A stretch of 64,000 bases of DNA, from positions 64,914,001 to 64,978,000 of the forward strand of contig NC_043001.1 of NCBI RefSeq assembly GCF_006345805.1, in the 5' to 3' direction. Below, piece after piece: positions 59,548 through 64,000 of this stretch (position 1 is its first letter; every line of letters begins with the position of its first letter). This DNA is from Octopus sinensis (Eukaryota). The position numbers and the translations under genes were made by a program. The notes beneath the pieces are model-generated. The model was not told the DNA's origin and did not search any database. It was given only the letters and a program-made list of their open reading frames with translations.

Positions 59548-60838
59548 TGTGTGTGTCTGTGTATCTGTGCAGAGATCAAAAGCATAACTGAGCCTCAGTT
59601 TATGTTTTATGAGGGTCTTTTTCATACTTACTTCAAAGTTCTTTACAGTTTGATACAGTAGTTATATTTCTATTATTAAAGATGTTTATTTCATTTACCT
59701 ACATATTAGCTAAAGCCACAGCTTACATCTAGCTGCGCAAGTAGTTCTCCAAATTTAGTTGCTGTTTTTGACCAAATATGTCACAATATTTTATAAATCC
59801 TAAACAATTGACTTATTTATATCAAGTGTAGCACAAAAATAATATTCTTAAGTACTTCCTCAATTAGTGAGACAAACTTTCTTTTTCCTTATACTCTTGT
59901 TTCACACAAAAAATACATACTTTAAAAAGTTTCAGTTGAACATTATTCTTGCTGATGAGAATAAAAATTAAATGTCAGAAATAGTGATGTTTATTCCTTT
60001 CCATATTATTTCTCTTCTTACATTTTGTGCTGCTTTTCTTTTCATTGTTGTTCATTTCATCTTTTCTTTTACTTTTCTTTATCTTTCCATTTCTTTCATT
60101 TCCTTTTATTCTAGAATTTCTTTCTAATTTTATTTTTCACAATTAATACTGAAATCCTGTAAATGTGTTCTTAATGAGACATTTCATCATATGAAAATGT
60201 TTCACCATATCTGAACTTGTTCAGCCTGTCTCTTTACAGCCTCTTCTCATCATCAGTTCCTGTTTGTGTGTATCCTGTTGAATGAAGTATGATACTTTTA
60301 AACTTTTGTGGGTGGCTTTTTATTGAGGTCACATGAACTTCTCACTCTTGTGGTTGGCTAAAAGTGAGGTATGATAAAATTCTAAGTTGTAACAAGTCTG
60401 ATTAAATTTTGCAGATTGAGTACAAACTGATTAGATACTAGAGGCAAGAGAGTGAGGGAGGTTTTGTAATTTATACTGTTTAGGTAATGAGGAGACCTGA
60501 CCACTAACAAAGTTCAATTAACAAAAAAAAGTCCTACCTAGTCAGTAGGTACCTTAGTGATGTAATAGAAGAAAAGGTAGGGCAACAAAATAAGTTGCAA
60601 ATGTTGAAGGAGAAGAAAGTTGGTAACAAGAAACTGGAAGCAGGATGTTAGTTTTTATCTGAGAGTAGGGGCAATTACTAATATTCTTTACTGTTCGGTT
60701 TGAGAGGCATCGTGTGGGGAAGAAGATTCAGAAATATACCATCTGGGTGGGCACTAACTAACCAAACTAAAACTATAGGTATCAATTTTTTAATATTAAA
60801 TCAAATAATGTTAGATTTGTTGTAAAAATGTTTATTTA

Positions 60839-60869
<31 letters not shown>

Positions 60870-60884
60870 TGTATGTATGTATGT

Positions 60885-61425
60885 ATGAAGTCACTTGGAA
60901 TGGTTCCAGAACATATAGAAACCCTTACTTCGGATCAAGTTGGATGGCAAACAAAGGTGTGGAGTGGAGTGAAAGCATTTGAAGAAGCCAGGATAATGCA
61001 AGTAAGACTCAAAAGAGATATAAGGAAGAATGTAACAATCAAGAAGGTGAATGACAATGACCTTTTTGTGTGCACAGTCTGTGACAGACCATACCTGTCT
61101 TTAGCTGGCCTCAAATCTCATCTGCGAACACATGGAAAATGAACCTCCGCCAACTATTCTGCCCATATGTCTGTGCACACCTTTGAATGCAGAGTATGCC
61201 AGAAGGTTTGCAAATCCAACGGAGGCCACAAAAGACATTTTAAGATCCACAAAGAGCAGAACTTATCTGCAGCTCTTGGTGGTCCAAATCGGATGTGCAA
61301 TCTATGTGAATGTCTTTTCAGAACATTGTCTGGTTTAAAAAGCCACATCAGATGCCATGATGGTGCTAAGGTGTAGGCACAGGAGGTGGTCAAACTCTGC
61401 ATAAGGAGTAGACAACCATCATGTA
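60885..61425 (+). mobile_element. RTE/BovB-like LINE 3' fragment ending in three C2H2 zinc fingers
   Basis: ETLTSDQVGWQTKVWSGVKAFEEAR, then CTVC..HLRTH, CRVC..HFKIH, CNLC..HIRCH; flanked by (ATGT)n. Confidence 0.7.
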
Positions 61426-62759
61426 CGTATGTATGTATCAATCAATTATCATCATCATTGTCATTTTAATGTCATCTTTTCTGTGCTTGAATGTATCAGA
61501 TGGAATTTGATGAGGTAGAAATTCCACAACTGGATGCCTTTACTGTCACCTGTTTCCAAGTTAGGTAATATTTCTCCATGACCAGATTTGCTTTTACAGA
61601 AAGCAGGCAATAAAGGATACCACTTGTACAACGGTGGTGCTCAGTTACAACTATCATCTAATGTCAATACAAGGAAACATCAAGAGACACTTACACCCCT
61701 AGACACCCACCCGACCAAAATGTATCCACATGCACAAATACACACACAAATTATCACCACCACTCCTATTTCAAACTTACTTTGTACAAGTTACTATCCT
61801 TGCCTCTCCTAGAACCACTCCCTTTTAAAATCTTTCCCATATTCTCAATATCATCTCTTTCTACTTTATTTTCCACCAAACACCTCATTTTGTGCCTCCT
61901 TGTGATATATCTTAGGTCTACCATTATCTTATCTTTAGCAACCTACTTTAACTGCTGTCATTCTCATCATCCTGTCATACTTGTCAACGGCCTCCTTCCA
62001 CCTTTGTCCCTTACAGTAGCCACCAATATATCTCTGACATTCATCTCTATCACTGTACATTTTTCTCCCTTGCCACCTCCCCCCACACATCATCCTACTA
62101 TTTTCTGATCTATCTAGAGATCTATTATACTGCTGCTCCCTTTACTTCTTGAACTGTCACTTATCACTTCTTCCTTTTTGAGCTACTCTTATTTCTTTTA
62201 CCCACCCTCATACTGATATTTATGACTGACCACACTCCTATCCTTGTTCCATTCATATATTCACATCTACATCCAATCTGTCAGTCTCCTCTCACACTCT
62301 AATATATTTATTCACTTACCCTTCCCAATTCTTTATATTCTCTCTTATACTCTCTTCTTGTAATTGCACTCTGATACTGTACCACCACCTGTCTTTTTTC
62401 CAGCTACTCCCAGCCACTCATATAGAATGCAGAGTAGCTTGTCTTTCTATCATATTTTAACTTCTCAACACCTGGCATAAAACCTACTTCCTTCTTCATT
62501 ACAACACCATTCAGTCAAGGGTTCTTTTGCTTTACAATTTACTTGGTGACCTCACCTGTGAAAACAGCACACAAGATACTCTGTGCAGTGATTGGTATTA
62601 AGAAGTGTATCCATCCATAGAAACCATGCCAAAGCTGACTATGGAGCTTGACATTGTCCTCTTGCTTATTTGATCCTGTCGAATTGTCCAACACATGCCA
62701 GCATGGCAGACAGATGTTAAATGACAATGATGATGATGATATATGGAATCAAAATGAAG

Positions 62760-63130
62760 GTTAACAGTGAAAGTAGTTGTATAATGCTTGGTAGTGAGAA
62801 ATGGACTCTAGGTGCAAAGGACATGCAAAAATTAGAAAAGAATAAAGCGTATATGTTCTTTTGGATGTGCAACATCAGTGCACATGTATGGTATAGTGCA
62901 AATATGCTGAGGGAAAAATTAGACATAAGTGGAATCAGATGTAGCCTGCAAGATAGAAAATCTGATGGTTTGTTCATGTGATGTGTGTGGATGAACAAAG
63001 TTGCATAAAAAAGAGCCAATTGCTAAATGTGGATGGAACTTAAGGAAACTCAGAATGACATAGAAAGAAGTAGTGAAGGCTGATCTGAAGATGTTGAACT
63101 TCAAGGAGGAGAAGACAAAGGACAAAGGTG
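62760..63130 (+). mobile_element. Degenerate RTE 3' fragment
   Basis: MLGSEKW..KDMQKLEKN..WMCNIS..LREKLDI is homologous to 58530-58900. Confidence 0.75.
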
Positions 63131-63589
63131 ATTGATAATTCGCAGTCTCAACAAAGCTAATCTGTTACAGTGAAAGCAAGGTCCTAAAAGTATTATGCTT
63201 ATGCCTGTACATGCTTAACCCTGCATGAAATCTGTCCCAATCAAGTATTCTGCTGCATGTCATCTTCCTAATGTGCATCCCTCATCAGTCCCCAAACTAT
63301 AACATTACTCAGCTGCTGTAATCATTTGAGATCAGGATCAGCACGTATTTCATTTGCATTTTAACACAAACAGTTACCTCCTCCTGACTCTGGAACCACT
63401 TTTTAAACTCCATCCCTCATTCTCATTATCATCTATGTCTATATTACTTTCTACTGATTACACTCTTCTCTGTGCTTTTAGTAATCTCTCCTTCCTACAT
63501 TTTAGGTTAACAATACTTTGTCTTTAACACCTGTCCTATCTGCTTTCATTCTCAACACTTTGTCATATCCACCATCTTTGTTAAAAGTT

Positions 63590-64000
63590 AACATATTTAG
63601 AACACTGATTGAGTCAGTCCTTCTCTATGGATCAGAGACCTAAAACTTATTGGCTCTCTTACAAAAACAACTAGATGGAACATATACCAACCTTCTCAGA
63701 AAGATATAGAACATCAGTTGAAGATCACACCCAACACTTAGTAACATCTATGGAAATCTGATACCAATATCCCTATAGTTAAAGCAGAAATGGCTACAAT
63801 TTGCTGGCCACTGTCATTGAGCAGAGAAAGAGGTTATCTCATCCCTGCTCCTATGGCATCCCTCTGGAAGTGTTTTCTCCAGGAAACTGACATTTCCAGA
63901 TACTATATCTCGGGACTCAGGGCTGGCTATTAGAGACCTGAACACAGCAATGCAGGACCGTGTCATGTGGAAAGGGATTGTCAATAGAGTTCCAACCAAC
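63590..64000 (+). mobile_element. Degenerate RTE/RTEX-like LINE fragment
   Basis: RTLIESVLLYGSET, LDGTYTNLLRK, LQFAGHC, AMQDRVMW. Confidence 0.65.

Overview
AT-rich, microsatellite-rich animal genomic DNA; the SINE/RTE content suggests a cephalopod such as Octopus (inference). The only host gene I can support is UMPS: three 5' coding exons on the minus strand (17041-12775). The rest is nested mobile DNA: hAT, Helitron, GG-terminal TIR elements, MITEs, SINEs, RTE LINEs, a Penelope-like fragment with a minimal hammerhead, and a Gypsy element. The main observation is a two-part Tx1-clade LINE system. (i) Three full-length, mutually mosaic Tx1-like LINEs sit head-to-tail in a small Helitron, separated by the same 16-bp target duplication. 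(ii) Two ORF1-only ~1.67-kb relatives with the same 3' terminal motif sit head-to-tail in a probable solo LTR, with a different 16-bp duplication. In both arrays the 16-bp duplication starts 29 nt after the first T of a TATAAAA box, although the targets share no sequence. This suggests insertion directed to Pol II start sites by position rather than by sequence. All alignments were done by eye and many boundaries are approximate.
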